Part shown: positions 38,481 to 47,860 of the stretch, in pieces
How positions within the stretch are numbered: the first letter of the stretch is position 1
Layout: each line of letters starts with the position of its first letter
From: a virus
Direction: 5' to 3' (one strand)
IMG/VR virus record: IMGVR_UViG_3300044655_001596
Location: 13,319 to 77,318 of that record
Length of the DNA: 64,000 nt
The notes under the pieces: generated by a model
Seen by the model: only the letters and a program-made list of their open reading frames with translations
Databases searched by the model: none
Told to the model about the DNA's origin: nothing
Position numbers and translations under genes: made by a program

Positions 38481-38509
38481 TTGACCAATAATTTGCCTTT
38501 TGCTATAAT
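38481..38509 (+). promoter_or_regulatory. sigma70 early-type promoter
   Basis: TTGACC-17-TATAAT, ATG 6 nt downstream. Confidence 0.85.
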
Positions 38510-38515
38510 ACTTAT

Positions 38516-38941
38516 ATGCTTTATTTTGCCTATGGAATGAACACCAACACACAAGGAATGGCCACTCGCTGTCCGGGTGCCGTGGCGTTTGGCCGTGCTC
38601 GTTTGTTGGGACACCGGTTTCGATTTGCAGGACCAGCTGATGTACAAGTTGACCGCAGAGATTTTGTAGACGGTGTGCTGTGGGATATCACGGAAGATTG
38701 CCTAAAATCCCTGGACCTGCTGGAAGGCTATCCCTACTATTACGACCGCAAGTGGGCCACAGTGGAGCATGATCAGGGCGAATATCCTGCTCTTGTTTAC
38801 TACATGCAACCAGGCAATCGCAATCATGCCCCAGGTTCGGGCTATTTTAACATGGTTTTAGAGGGCTACAAGGAGTTTGGAGTTCCTACTAAGCAACTCT
38901 GGGAAAATGTAACCCAAAGTACTACCTTTTTACCCTACTAA
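38516..38941 (+). CDS. gamma-glutamylcyclotransferase (AIG2-like)
   Basis: YFAYGMN, GVLW, LDLLEGYP..Y. Confidence 0.9.
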   Translation: MLYFAYGMNTNTQGMATRCPGAVAFGRARLLGHRFRFAGPADVQVDRRDFVDGVLWDITEDCLKSLDLLEGYPYYYDRKWATVEHDQGEYPALVYYMQPGNRNHAPGSGYFNMVLEGYKEFGVPTKQLWENVTQSTTFLPY

Positions 38942-39017
38942 ACTGTAGGGTTTTTCTGGTTGACCAGAATTACCCGTTTTGCTATAATATACACATAGAC
39001 AGCAAAAAGGAGCCCAA
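38916..39017 (+). promoter_or_regulatory. operator + terminator + promoter cassette
   Basis: GTACTAC 38919; ACCCTAC/GTAGGGT + T run; TTGACC(38960)-17-TATAAT; AAGGAGCCC. Confidence 0.85.
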
Positions 39018-39269
39018 ATGCGACACGTACCAGGTTTTAGTAACAGCACCCGAATTCGCTACATTGTCAACGGTTTTGGCATGTACGGCACCATCAACGA
39101 CATCTACACAAAAACAGCCACAGTCACGCATGGTGCGGCTCTGCGCCTGGCAATCCAAAAATTGGCTTACGATCGCCGTCACAGTAGTTTTCGGGGAGAG
39201 GGTCGCCCAGTGGGCATCGGTATCACCCACGAAGGAATCCAAGTGCAAATTGACTTGATGGCCAACTAA
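39018..39269 (+). CDS. hypothetical early protein
   Basis: Own promoter and RBS. Confidence 0.75.
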   Translation: MRHVPGFSNSTRIRYIVNGFGMYGTINDIYTKTATVTHGAALRLAIQKLAYDRRHSSFRGEGRPVGIGITHEGIQVQIDLMAN

Positions 39270-39345
39270 AAGTACTACTTTTTTGGTTGACCAGAATTTC
39301 CCAATTTGCTATAATATACGCATACAGACACAAAAGGAGCCCACT
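39270..39345 (+). promoter_or_regulatory. operator + promoter cassette
   Basis: GTACTAC 39272; TTGACC(39287)-17-TATAAT; AAGGAGCCC. Confidence 0.85.
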
Positions 39346-39621
39346 ATGTTTTACATCGTTGCCAAAGGTACTGGACTTATTGTTACTGACGGTCCCAATC
39401 GTAACCGTGCCTACAAAACTTTTGGTGCCGCACGTGCCACCCGCACCCGTCTTTGCAACAAAGCAGGTTGGAGCGTGGCTGACTTGAGCATCATCGATAC
39501 CAAGTACTACCAAGCCCCTAAGATGATTGTCAAGAATCTCATGTCCGGCAAGGATGTTGAGATTGATGCAGACACTCCTTGGTGTTGCAACCCTGCGTCT
39601 GAAACTTATTGGAGCATGTGA
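39346..39621 (+). CDS. hypothetical early protein
   Basis: C-terminal KNLMSG..DTPWCCNPASETYWSM phage motif. Confidence 0.8.
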   Translation: MFYIVAKGTGLIVTDGPNRNRAYKTFGAARATRTRLCNKAGWSVADLSIIDTKYYQAPKMIVKNLMSGKDVEIDADTPWCCNPASETYWSM

Positions 39622-39767
39622 TGGGTGACGAAAAACAATATTGGACTGTGAGTTGGACCCAGCCTTATACCAGCTGGCCCCGGCCCCAACCAGAACCTAA
39701 ATTGGAACCCGAGGTTGAAGATCTTACTATAGCCCGCGAAGTACTGGCAAGGATCATGTCACTATGA
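39621..39767 (+). CDS. small hypothetical protein (not in ORF track)
   Basis: 48 aa ORF coupled at both ends. Confidence 0.45.
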   Translation: MGDEKQYWTVSWTQPYTSWPRPQPEPKLEPEVEDLTIAREVLARIMSL

Positions 39768-40111
39768 AATGGTTTGCTGAAACAACTGACTGGAAAGACA
39801 CTGTGCCCAACGGTATCTACTTGCTGGACGATGGCAAGAGCAAGATGTATGCTTTCCGGCCACAGGGCACAGGTGAGATCAAAGTATTTCGAAACCCAAT
39901 CCGCATTGATACTCGTGGGCGTAAGTTTGTTATCAACCCTGTGCAGTTCGAAACAAAACTCAAGGAACCTGAACCCGAAGGCCGTGTGATTGAGGTCAAG
40001 GGTAGCAAGGGTGACATCTACCGAGTAACCGATGTCAACGGCAATCTCTCTTGCACTTGTTCGGGATTTCGATTTCGTGGAGAATGTAAACACATCAAGG
40101 AGCTGGCATGA
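39764..40111 (+). CDS. SWIM zinc-finger protein
   Basis: GSKGDIYRV...CTCSGFRFRGECKH. Confidence 0.85.
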   Translation: MKWFAETTDWKDTVPNGIYLLDDGKSKMYAFRPQGTGEIKVFRNPIRIDTRGRKFVINPVQFETKLKEPEPEGRVIEVKGSKGDIYRVTDVNGNLSCTCSGFRFRGECKHIKELA

Positions 40112-40416
40112 AATATCTCGTAGTTTTATTTTTAGCAGTTACCAATGTCTGGGCACAACCACAAGCCCGGCCTGGCCAACATGATCTGGCGTTCACGGCA
40201 CTACCAGCATATCCAGTCAAACGGGTGCAGTGGATTGTGACTGATCGTGTGGACGAAATGTGCCAAGGCTTTGCACCACTCACCCAAGGTCGCAAGTACA
40301 TTGCCTGCACCAAATTCAATGATAGTGTTTGCATAGTGTACACCAGACCCAATCTAACGCTGTCTGAACTGGGACACGAAATGCGTCATTGCTTTGAAGG
40401 TCATTGGCACCAATGA
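40108..40416 (+). CDS. secreted HEXXH protein
   Basis: Signal peptide; LGHEMRHCFEGHWH. Confidence 0.7.
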   Translation: MKYLVVLFLAVTNVWAQPQARPGQHDLAFTALPAYPVKRVQWIVTDRVDEMCQGFAPLTQGRKYIACTKFNDSVCIVYTRPNLTLSELGHEMRHCFEGHWHQ

Positions 40417-40595
40417 AATACCTTATGATTTTATTTTTGTGTGGTACGTCTGTGGCACAGACTGTAACCACTACTACCCAGACCATCCGGGAAGAAACAA
40501 CAATGGTCACAGTGACTCAAAACGGAAGCATAACCACACAACCCAGCGTTCCAATTGTGTATCGTTGCAACGGGCGAACGTGCGTTAAGCCCTAG
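40413..40595 (+). CDS. small secreted protein
   Basis: Signal peptide; ATGA overlap. Confidence 0.55.
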   Translation: MKYLMILFLCGTSVAQTVTTTTQTIREETTMVTVTQNGSITTQPSVPIVYRCNGRTCVKP

Positions 40596-40600
40596 TCACA

Positions 40601-40628
40601 AGAAAGCCCCTTTCGGGGCTTTCATTTT
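40601..40628. terminator. bidirectional terminator
   Basis: GAAAGCCCC-TTTC-GGGGCTTTC between convergent genes. Confidence 0.85.
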
Positions 40629-40855
40629 TACGCCTGATCTACGAACTTTTTGAGTTCTTCGGCCTTGACCACAATTTCTGTGCTGGACGGAAAGTCAGGC
40701 AAAGTTGGGAAGGGTAGCGTACCACGATTGGCATCAGTCAACTTAGAGTGATACTCATCAGTCAATGATTGGCGTTTTTGGAATACTGGCGTCACGAGGA
40801 TATCGTTGGCCATTTTGAGAAGTTCGAGACGGAGCTCGTAAGGTGTTTTGCTCAT
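40628..40855 (-). CDS. conserved phage hypothetical protein
   Basis: MSKTPYELRLELLKMA...AEELKKFV; ACACAGGAGA RBS. Confidence 0.8.
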   Translation of the reverse strand: MSKTPYELRLELLKMANDILVTPVFQKRQSLTDEYHSKLTDANRGTLPFPTLPDFPSSTEIVVKAEELKKFVDQA

Positions 40856-40926
40856 GTTTTTCTCCTGTGTATGTGTGTGTTATCAAGTCCCGCCCTATGC
40901 AGGACAAGATTGCTACACGAGCAAGT

Positions 40927-41358
40927 TTACTTATAGATGTAATTGACGGTGTCAGAATTTTCGCGGTAGATGCCGGCGCCGTTCTTTAAATGGAAACGCT
41001 TAGCCATCTCGGTCTTGGGACTGAGGGTAACGTAGGTATCAATGTCCGGAAACTCTTGTTTGATTGATTCTTGTGCTCGAACAATCAGTTCGCGCCCGGC
41101 CCCTGCGGCGTAACTCCAAATTGTGTAAAATACCGCAGTTTTGGCACTCCCGACCAACTCCACCAAGTCATCCACGGCGGCTGGAATGTTGTCCAAAAAC
41201 TTCACGCAAGTGATTGCTCGGGTTTGGTCGCCGTCTTTGAGCATGTATATTCTTGAGTTGGAATTCACCCGTTGGTCGGCAGGTATCTCAGGGCGCACTG
41301 GGTCGTCCTTTAGGAGGTTAACAATTTCGTCAGTTATACTTGTGATGGTGTGTAACAT
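40927..41358 (-). CDS. GNAT-like fold protein
   Basis: AVFYTIWSY..GAGR, TLSPKT, FHLKNGA. Confidence 0.7.
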   Translation of the reverse strand: MLHTITSITDEIVNLLKDDPVRPEIPADQRVNSNSRIYMLKDGDQTRAITCVKFLDNIPAAVDDLVELVGSAKTAVFYTIWSYAAGAGRELIVRAQESIKQEFPDIDTYVTLSPKTEMAKRFHLKNGAGIYRENSDTVNYIYK

Positions 41359-41425
41359 ATTACGCTCTTTATATGCTGTGTAAACCTATTTATCAAAGGT
41401 ACGTAGAAAAAGAAAATAGGGCCGT

Positions 41426-41689
41426 TCAGCCCTGATTTTCTTGATACTTTTTCATAGCCAGTACCCGAGCTATCAGTAACCTTGTCTTCACGTAGTCCGA
41501 AAGTTCTTCGTCGTCATCATCTGGTTCAAACTCTGGAACCCGTGGTCTACGTGCTGAACAGGCACAAAGATCTTCGTCATCCGGGGCCACATACGGATCG
41601 TAGTTGGCCAACCGGATGGCTGTAAATCTATGAGGATTACTTCTTAGTAGTTTCGGCTTTGGCGGGAGCTTTGGCTTCGCTTTTGGCAT
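41426..41689 (-). CDS. hypothetical protein (start uncertain)
   Basis: Acidic patch and C-terminal LSDYVKTRLLIAR. Confidence 0.4.
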   Translation of the reverse strand: MPKAKPKLPPKPKLLRSNPHRFTAIRLANYDPYVAPDDEDLCACSARRPRVPEFEPDDDDEELSDYVKTRLLIARVLAMKKYQENQG

Positions 41690-41837
41690 CGGCCTTGGCA
41701 GGTGTACTGGCTGCAGGAGCAGGGGCAGTGACAGCAGGCTTGGCTTCTACTTTCTTTTCTTCTTTCTTGGGCGCTGGTGCTTGTGCAAAAGCGGTAACTG
41801 CAAAAGCAGTGGCGATGAGTGCGATCAATTGTTTCAT
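41637..41837 (-). CDS. small secreted Ala/Lys/Pro-rich protein
   Basis: MKQLIALIATAFAVTAFAQ signal; AAGGAG RBS. Confidence 0.8.
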   Translation of the reverse strand: MKQLIALIATAFAVTAFAQAPAPKKEEKKVEAKPAVTAPAPAASTPAKADAKSEAKAPAKAETTKK

Positions 41838-41883
41838 AGTAATCTCCTTTGATTTGAAACTAGCAAGAATTTCTCTTGCTGTA

Positions 41884-41937
41884 TATACAACGCCATAGCC
41901 CGCAAATGAGTTGACTTAATTTGGCAATGTTGCCAAA
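41884..41937. promoter_or_regulatory. ECF-type promoter (minus strand) and 18-bp palindromic operator
   Basis: Minus strand GTCAAC-17-CGTTGTA; TTTGGCAA-TG-TTGCCAAA at 41920-41937. Confidence 0.5.
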
Positions 41938-42017
41938 ACATGTTGCGATTGTGTTACAACTGTCTTATAATACTTAAATGCTGTACGCAACGGCTAAACT
42001 TAAGAAAGGTAAAAATT

Positions 42018-42284
42018 ATGCGTTTTAATGAAGACACCAAGACTTACAAAGTCTTTTCCGCACTCCAAGCTGGCGAGACATTGACTCCTGCCCAGGCACA
42101 ACACCGTTTTGGTGTTAAGAACCTCAGCGCCGAAGTCAGCCGCGTTCGCCAGGCTGGTTTCTGTGTTTACGCCAACAGCCGTGTTGCTGGTAACGGCGTC
42201 AAGGTCACTGAGTATCAAATTGGCAAACCCAGCCGCAAGTTGATTGCCGCTGGTTACAAGGCCATGGCACTTGGTTTGGCTTAA
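42018..42284 (+). CDS. winged-helix DNA-binding protein
   Basis: LQAGETLTPAQAQHRFGVKNLSAEVSRVRQAG HTH pattern; GAAAGG RBS. Confidence 0.75.
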   Translation: MRFNEDTKTYKVFSALQAGETLTPAQAQHRFGVKNLSAEVSRVRQAGFCVYANSRVAGNGVKVTEYQIGKPSRKLIAAGYKAMALGLA

Positions 42285-42301
42285 CTCACTGAGTGACATT
42301 T

Positions 42302-42328
42302 AAAAAGGCCGGCAACGGCCTTTTTTTG
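42302..42328 (+). terminator. intrinsic terminator
   Basis: AAAAAGGCCG-GCAA-CGGCCTTTTTTT. Confidence 0.9.
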
Positions 42329-42341
42329 TTTTAAATAGTTT

Positions 42342-43220
42342 ATGATTATTGAAGGCACTTCGCGATGTACACTGGCATGTCCTGCATGCCCTAGGACATG
42401 GTTCTCAGACAAATTTGGTCGACCATTCCCCAAACACGATCTCGACATTGATGCATTTTCTCGGTTTATGGATTGTGAGTCAGGACGACAAGTTTGTACT
42501 TTTTCTTTAAACGGAAATCATGGCGATGTGATATATTGGCCAGAATTGTTTGATTTTTTAGAAACTTTTAAAAACAAAAAATTCATCATAAGCACAAACG
42601 GAAGCCACCAACGTCCTGAGTTTTGGAAAAAACTATCAACTCATCTAAAAGTTGGAGATACAGTGTTTTTTAGTATTGATGGTCTTGAGGACACCAATGG
42701 TCTCTATAGACGTAATGCAGATTGGCCCAGCATCATGCAGGCTATTGACATCATGCGACACAGTGATGCAACTTTGGTATGGAAAAGCCTGGTATTTTCC
42801 AGCAACCAACACCAACAACAACAAATGGCAGACCTAGCCAATAGTTTCGGCATGAAATTTGTAAGTGATGTTACCAACAGATTTGGTGACGAGTCATTGA
42901 GACCTAGTGAAAATCTAGTGCTGACTGATCGTAATCCCGATATAACTGTAACCAAAATAGAACCTCGATGCAGCGATCTGGAGTATGTGAGTGCAGATGG
43001 TTATTATTGGCCTTGTTGTATGATATCATCTATGTTTACCTTGCAGAAAACACCTCTTTGGAAACAGCGTGACCAATGGCTTATACATAATCAAACTTTG
43101 GACCGGGCCCGAGAAACATTAGAAACTTTTAAAAAACTGATGGTAGCAGATCCTCATGTGGTGTGCCAAATGCATTGCAAAGAAGGGCAAAAAGATTTCT
43201 TGTGGACAAGAATGAATTGA
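42342..43220 (+). CDS. radical SAM protein
   Basis: CTLACPAC, GNHGD, STNG, FSIDG, C-terminal PCC..C..C. Confidence 0.9.
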   Translation: MIIEGTSRCTLACPACPRTWFSDKFGRPFPKHDLDIDAFSRFMDCESGRQVCTFSLNGNHGDVIYWPELFDFLETFKNKKFIISTNGSHQRPEFWKKLSTHLKVGDTVFFSIDGLEDTNGLYRRNADWPSIMQAIDIMRHSDATLVWKSLVFSSNQHQQQQMADLANSFGMKFVSDVTNRFGDESLRPSENLVLTDRNPDITVTKIEPRCSDLEYVSADGYYWPCCMISSMFTLQKTPLWKQRDQWLIHNQTLDRARETLETFKKLMVADPHVVCQMHCKEGQKDFLWTRMN

Positions 43221-43263
43221 CAACTATTTTATAAACTCGCTGTTCTAATCCCAATGGGCACTT

Positions 43264-43321
43264 GAAAACCCCTGCTTACGGCAGGGTTTTTCTTGACTGA
43301 ATATTCTAAATCCTGTATAAT
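43264..43321 (+). promoter_or_regulatory. terminator + sigma70 promoter
   Basis: CCCTGC-TTACG-GCAGGG + T run; TTGACT(43293)-17-TATAAT. Confidence 0.8.
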
Positions 43322-43327
43322 AGTTAC

Positions 43328-43780
43328 ATGCTTAAAAAACTCTTTCAACGCATGGGACGGTACCGTGTAATTATGGACCGTGTGGAAAACCAACCCTATC
43401 TGGAACGCTACTATGTGTTCCTTCGAGATAGAGATCGATTTCCATTCAACATCTTTGTACACAAGTTTCTCAAGAGTGATCCGGATGATGTACATGATCA
43501 TCCTTGGCCGTTCTTTACTCTAATCCTCCGAGGTGGCTACTGGGAGTGGACACCGCAATTTGATGCACAAGGTCGCAAGACAGCCGAAGTTGCCAAATGG
43601 TGCGGCCCTGGAAGTTTCCGTTGGGCCAGAGCCCGTCAGTATCACAGAGTGGAACTGGATCCAGATGTGACTTGTTGGACCCTGTTTTGTCCCGGACCCA
43701 AACAACGTGACTGGGGATTCCTGGTCCGGAACAAGTGGGTACAATGGGAACAATACCTGGCACAACGCCGGACATCATGA
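43328..43780 (+). CDS. cupin-fold protein
   Basis: HDHPW..LRGGYWE..HRVEL..WGF. Confidence 0.8.
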   Translation: MLKKLFQRMGRYRVIMDRVENQPYLERYYVFLRDRDRFPFNIFVHKFLKSDPDDVHDHPWPFFTLILRGGYWEWTPQFDAQGRKTAEVAKWCGPGSFRWARARQYHRVELDPDVTCWTLFCPGPKQRDWGFLVRNKWVQWEQYLAQRRTS

Positions 43781-43793
43781 AAGTAAATATATC

Positions 43794-44147
43794 ATGGAAT
43801 TACTAAGTTTTATAATTGATCTTGTGCTGGCAGGTATTGTGACATGGTTTGTTTTTACCTGGTTGGTAAGTCGTTATTTGGAAAACCAAATCAGGACTGT
43901 AGTGAGAGACCTCGATCAGGAACAGTTGATTCCACTCACAGTAGAGGTTGACCAAAATCAATACTTCTGCTACAATAGCATTACCAAGGCATTTGTGTGC
44001 CAGGGACACAGTTTGAAAGAAATCGTAGACAGATTTAAACAACGTTATCCAGAAAAGTCTGCTGCTATCTATGATGGCGACGAGACTGCGGTGCGTACAC
44101 TTAAATCACAATTGAAAGACTTAGATGAAAATCGCGGTAGCATCTGA
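43794..44147 (+). CDS. membrane-anchored hypothetical protein
   Basis: N-terminal TM; FVCQG motif; TAAATA 4 nt before ATG. Confidence 0.7.
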   Translation: MELLSFIIDLVLAGIVTWFVFTWLVSRYLENQIRTVVRDLDQEQLIPLTVEVDQNQYFCYNSITKAFVCQGHSLKEIVDRFKQRYPEKSAAIYDGDETAVRTLKSQLKDLDENRGSI

Positions 44148-44991
44148 CATCCATCTTGAATTTGGTGACCTTGACATCACCAATGACAGTCAGGCTGACG
44201 TGTTGATCTTGAGTGGTGATATCTGTGTGGCCGCTGACTTGGACATGCGTGACCGCAGACAAACAGAACTGGGCTTTGCTCGTTGGCGCTCGGAGATGTT
44301 TCATGAATTCTTCGAACGCTGTGCCGCAAATTTTCCACACGTGATCTACATCATGGGCAACCATGAATACTATCACAGTGACTTTGCAACTGCTCTGGGT
44401 GAGATGCGCAGGAAACTGTCACACTTGCCTAATCTGTACATTCTTGAACGTGAAATCAAAGTAATCGATGACGTTACCTTTATTGGCGGCACCCTGTGGA
44501 CCGACATGAACAATCGAGATGAACTCACATTGTATCACATGCGAACCATGATGAATGACTTCCGTGTGATCCAAAACAGTGCAGTACCAGTTCACTTTAG
44601 AACATCGGAAGGCGAGTTTAAAACTCGCGTGGCCAAGTTCTCACCCGAAGATGCTGTGACAGAACATGTGAAAATGAAAGAATACATTCAAGTGGTAACT
44701 GACATGCTGGGCAAAAATCCCAACAAGTATGTGGTGGTTGGACATCATGCACCCAGTCGTCAGAGCACACACGAAATGTATGCACATGACACTATCATGA
44801 ACGGTGGCTACAGTTCAGACATGGATGAGTTTATTGAGGACCGTCCACAAATCAAATTGTGGACACATGGGCACACTCATCATGTGTTTGATTACATGAT
44901 TGGTGAAACCCGTGTGGTGTGCAACCCACGTGGGTATTATGGACATGAAGCGAGGGCAGACGAATGGAAACTCCTGACCGTGGATATTTAA
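44125..44991 (+). CDS. calcineurin-like metallophosphoesterase
   Basis: SDIH, GD, GNHE, HHAP, HGHTH, NPRGY. Confidence 0.92.
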   Translation: MKIAVASDIHLEFGDLDITNDSQADVLILSGDICVAADLDMRDRRQTELGFARWRSEMFHEFFERCAANFPHVIYIMGNHEYYHSDFATALGEMRRKLSHLPNLYILEREIKVIDDVTFIGGTLWTDMNNRDELTLYHMRTMMNDFRVIQNSAVPVHFRTSEGEFKTRVAKFSPEDAVTEHVKMKEYIQVVTDMLGKNPNKYVVVGHHAPSRQSTHEMYAHDTIMNGGYSSDMDEFIEDRPQIKLWTHGHTHHVFDYMIGETRVVCNPRGYYGHEARADEWKLLTVDI

Positions 44992-45170
44992 ACTGGTTTC
45001 GATACAGTGGGATCAGTGTTATCGTTACACTGAACCCACTGCATTGGAGATTGACACCACGTGCAAGGCGAGAGCCCAACGATGGTTGGCCCAGTCCCAA
45101 TGAACGCACCTGGTCAGTGAGTTGGTTGTTCTTGACTATACGTGGTTGGGTCGACAACGGAGATTGGTAA
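44964..45170 (+). CDS. hypothetical protein
   Basis: Trp-rich, operon context. Confidence 0.55.
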   Translation: METPDRGYLNWFRYSGISVIVTLNPLHWRLTPRARREPNDGWPSPNERTWSVSWLFLTIRGWVDNGDW

Positions 45171-45346
45171 TGACTGAACTCGAACTAGCCTTGAAAAATC
45201 ATGACTGGAGTCTAGCAGGTTTTGCTAGCCGAGTTCAGGTTGATCAACTCATGAAACAACATCCTGTTGAAGCTGCCGCACTGTGGGAAAAACACTGCCC
45301 TTGGAGCAACAGCAACGGCGGTTATATTAATTGGAGAAAACAATGA
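45170..45346 (+). CDS. hypothetical protein
   Basis: MTELELALKNHDW; coupled start. Confidence 0.55.
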   Translation: MTELELALKNHDWSLAGFASRVQVDQLMKQHPVEAAALWEKHCPWSNSNGGYINWRKQ

Positions 45347-46056
45347 AAGTTTATATTGGCAAATATCGGGATCACTGGATCTCACCTTACACCATGTTGG
45401 ACTATGCATTCTTCTGGACTGACTGGTCAAAGTGCAGTCGTGACCGACGTATTCGCAGTCTTGAAGAAGAAAGCCGATACATTGAGCGTCCAGAATGGTG
45501 CGAACGCTGGAGTGATTATCTTGCTCCTGTCAGTCGTGCAATTGCCTGGGTACTGGATCGTGTGCATCCGCCCATCAACCTTGTGAAGATTGACTACTGG
45601 GATACCTGGAGCATGGACCATACCTTGAGTCCCATTATCCTGCCCATGCTCAAACAGCTCAAAGAAAAGAAACACGGCGCACCTTTTGTGGATGACGAAG
45701 ATGTGCCCGAGCACCTGCGTAGCACTGCCGCACCAGCCAAAGAAAACGAGTGGGACACTGATGCCAATCACTTTGCTCGTTGGGATTGGGCCATGGGCGA
45801 AATGATCTTTGCATTTGAGTGCAAAGCGGACGACTCATGGGAAGATGCTTTCCGTTCGGGCGAGCATGACATTGTTTGGATTCCCGTGGACAAGGATGGC
45901 AATGAAGTGCCCAAGGGCGAGCACAAGTACTATCAAATGGGGCATGGTCCCAAGGACACTTACAAGTGTGATTACGAAGGTATGAAAGAGGTGCAAAAGC
46001 GCATTGACAATGGCTTCCGCTTGTTTGGCAAATACTATCAAGCTCTTTGGGATTGA
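45343..46056 (+). CDS. conserved phage hypothetical protein
   Basis: MKVYIG, DTWSMDHTL, GFRLFGKYYQALWD. Confidence 0.8.
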   Translation: MKVYIGKYRDHWISPYTMLDYAFFWTDWSKCSRDRRIRSLEEESRYIERPEWCERWSDYLAPVSRAIAWVLDRVHPPINLVKIDYWDTWSMDHTLSPIILPMLKQLKEKKHGAPFVDDEDVPEHLRSTAAPAKENEWDTDANHFARWDWAMGEMIFAFECKADDSWEDAFRSGEHDIVWIPVDKDGNEVPKGEHKYYQMGHGPKDTYKCDYEGMKEVQKRIDNGFRLFGKYYQALWD

Positions 46057-46058
46057 AC

Positions 46059-46316
46059 ATGGGTGAGTCTGCATTTGTTGCCATGGCGGCTGAACTTCTT
46101 GCTGAGGCCATTGATAACGAGATACTTAAAAATCGCATTAGTCATGATAACTATGAACAGTGGCGGAAACAATATACCTGGGACGCATTGACCAACAAGC
46201 GATACGGTGAAAGTTTCTGCAACTACTTCAAGATCAAAGACCATCGTATTTTTCATGAGACAAACTGGTTGGTGTGCGATACTGTTATAAGGAGAGAATG
46301 GCTTGCAACATCCTGA
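46059..46316 (+). CDS. hypothetical protein
   Basis: RYGESFCNYF motif; operon context. Confidence 0.6.
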   Translation: MGESAFVAMAAELLAEAIDNEILKNRISHDNYEQWRKQYTWDALTNKRYGESFCNYFKIKDHRIFHETNWLVCDTVIRREWLATS

Positions 46317-46545
46317 TTACCCACACGGCGCACAAATAACCTGGGGTCGCCCTTACGACACAATCACTGCCTGGGACGAGATTGCCACCTGGGGCATAGA
46401 GTTTTTTGGACTACCTGGCGACCGTTATGTTACCGACATAAACATCAATGAAATGGTTTGGTGGTTCCGTGATCCAAGAGACCAAACTCTGTTTGTGTTA
46501 CGCAATGGCTTGGCTCGATGCATAGAGTTAGAATTGAACACATAG
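46303..46545 (+). CDS. hypothetical protein (FxLKW-like family)
   Basis: FGLPGDRY...WWFRDPRDQTLFVLR. Confidence 0.6.
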   Translation: MQHPDYPHGAQITWGRPYDTITAWDEIATWGIEFFGLPGDRYVTDININEMVWWFRDPRDQTLFVLRNGLARCIELELNT

Positions 46546-46739
46546 CTCCAATGGCCGCAATTGAACTAAAAGATCAATTGCTTGCAGACGGATTAGTTAT
46601 CAACAGAGATTTTGTTTGGGAATATCGCCAGGCAACTTATGACAATGACGGGTTCACTGCTGTTACTCCCAAACAAGCAACCTTCTCATTCTTCAAACCA
46701 GCCATGGCCACATTCTATCAGCTCAAATGGGCAAGATAA
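46518..46739 (+). CDS. hypothetical protein (FxLKW-like family)
   Basis: FSFFKPAMATFYQLKW. Confidence 0.6.
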   Translation: MHRVRIEHIAPMAAIELKDQLLADGLVINRDFVWEYRQATYDNDGFTAVTPKQATFSFFKPAMATFYQLKWAR

Positions 46740-46748
46740 GTATTTTCG

Positions 46749-47546
46749 ATGATTACAAAGATATTAACCACAATCTTGTTATGTGTGACTTTGTCAGCTC
46801 ATGCCGACAGCGTGTTGTTGTACAACCTCTCACAAGATCGAACAGTAATGAGTCGCGATGCTGACCAGGTGCGTAGCATTGCCAGCATAACCAAAATCAT
46901 GACTGCCATGGTTACTCTAGATTATGACATAGACCTTAGCCGTAAACTGATGTTGAGCAAGCGTGTTCACAGTTACCTTCCCAGGCAAATGTACACTCGA
47001 GAACAACTACTCAAGGCCATGTTGATCAAATCAGACAATGCGGCGGCTGAAACTCTAGCAGAAGATTACCCTGGCGGCAGGTCTGCATTTGTTGCTAGAA
47101 TGAATCACCAAGCCCGGTTGTGGGACATGAAACGGACCAGCTTTGTTGACCCTTCGGGGCTGGGAGTATTCAACATCAGCACAGCCAGAGACGTGGCTGA
47201 CCTCATGCAAACCGCCATGGGATACTGGTTGATTCGCGAAGTCAGTGGTCAAAAGCAAGTGGCATTTGAAACCAAGTACGCCAAGAAAATTAGAACAATA
47301 AATTTGGAACACACGTCCGGACCATTGCTGTTTACGTTTGACAATGTATTGGTCAGCAAAACAGGATTGACCAATGCCGCGGGCTGGTGTGTGGGCATGG
47401 TAGTGGAGCAAAACAAACAACAATATGTGGTGGTAGTGTTAGGATCAAAAAACAAAAAACAACGCCTGGACACAGTAAAGGATATTCGCTACAATCATGT
47501 GGTGGACACTTATTTGCGAGAGCTGGAGATTCCCACTACATACTAA
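46749..47546 (+). CDS. peptidase S11 D-Ala-D-Ala carboxy/endopeptidase (PBP7-like)
   Basis: Signal peptide; SITK, SDN, KTG motifs. Confidence 0.92.
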   Translation: MITKILTTILLCVTLSAHADSVLLYNLSQDRTVMSRDADQVRSIASITKIMTAMVTLDYDIDLSRKLMLSKRVHSYLPRQMYTREQLLKAMLIKSDNAAAETLAEDYPGGRSAFVARMNHQARLWDMKRTSFVDPSGLGVFNISTARDVADLMQTAMGYWLIREVSGQKQVAFETKYAKKIRTINLEHTSGPLLFTFDNVLVSKTGLTNAAGWCVGMVVEQNKQQYVVVVLGSKNKKQRLDTVKDIRYNHVVDTYLRELEIPTTY

Positions 47547-47548
47547 CA

Positions 47549-47779
47549 ATGAATCTTGGTGCTTATCAAATCCGCGACAAAGAGAGCTTTGCTTATGCCA
47601 AAGAGATCACCAAACCTTTTGGCGGAGTTGACCGGGTGATTGCTTGGTGCAAGACTGAGATGCAAAATGATTGGCGATGGCAGTTGGTGCAGGCCTCCAG
47701 TGACATCGCCCCAGGTCGATACATTTTCTATTTTGACTCAGACCGTGACTGTTGTGCATTCACGCTGAAATGGCTGTAA
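47549..47779 (+). CDS. hypothetical protein (FxLKW-like family)
   Basis: WCK...FYFDSDRDCCAFTLKW. Confidence 0.65.
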   Translation: MNLGAYQIRDKESFAYAKEITKPFGGVDRVIAWCKTEMQNDWRWQLVQASSDIAPGRYIFYFDSDRDCCAFTLKWL

Positions 47780-47782
47780 AAA

Positions 47783-47829
47783 CTAGTACTTTTGTAGTAC
47801 TTGACAAATAAATCACAAACCTGTATAAT
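47783..47829 (+). promoter_or_regulatory. operator pair + sigma70 promoter
   Basis: CTAGTAC/GTAGTAC 11 bp apart abutting TTGACA(47801)-17-TATAAT. Confidence 0.8.
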
Positions 47830-47860
47830 TTAGACATAGCAACTTTTAATAGGTGTCACT

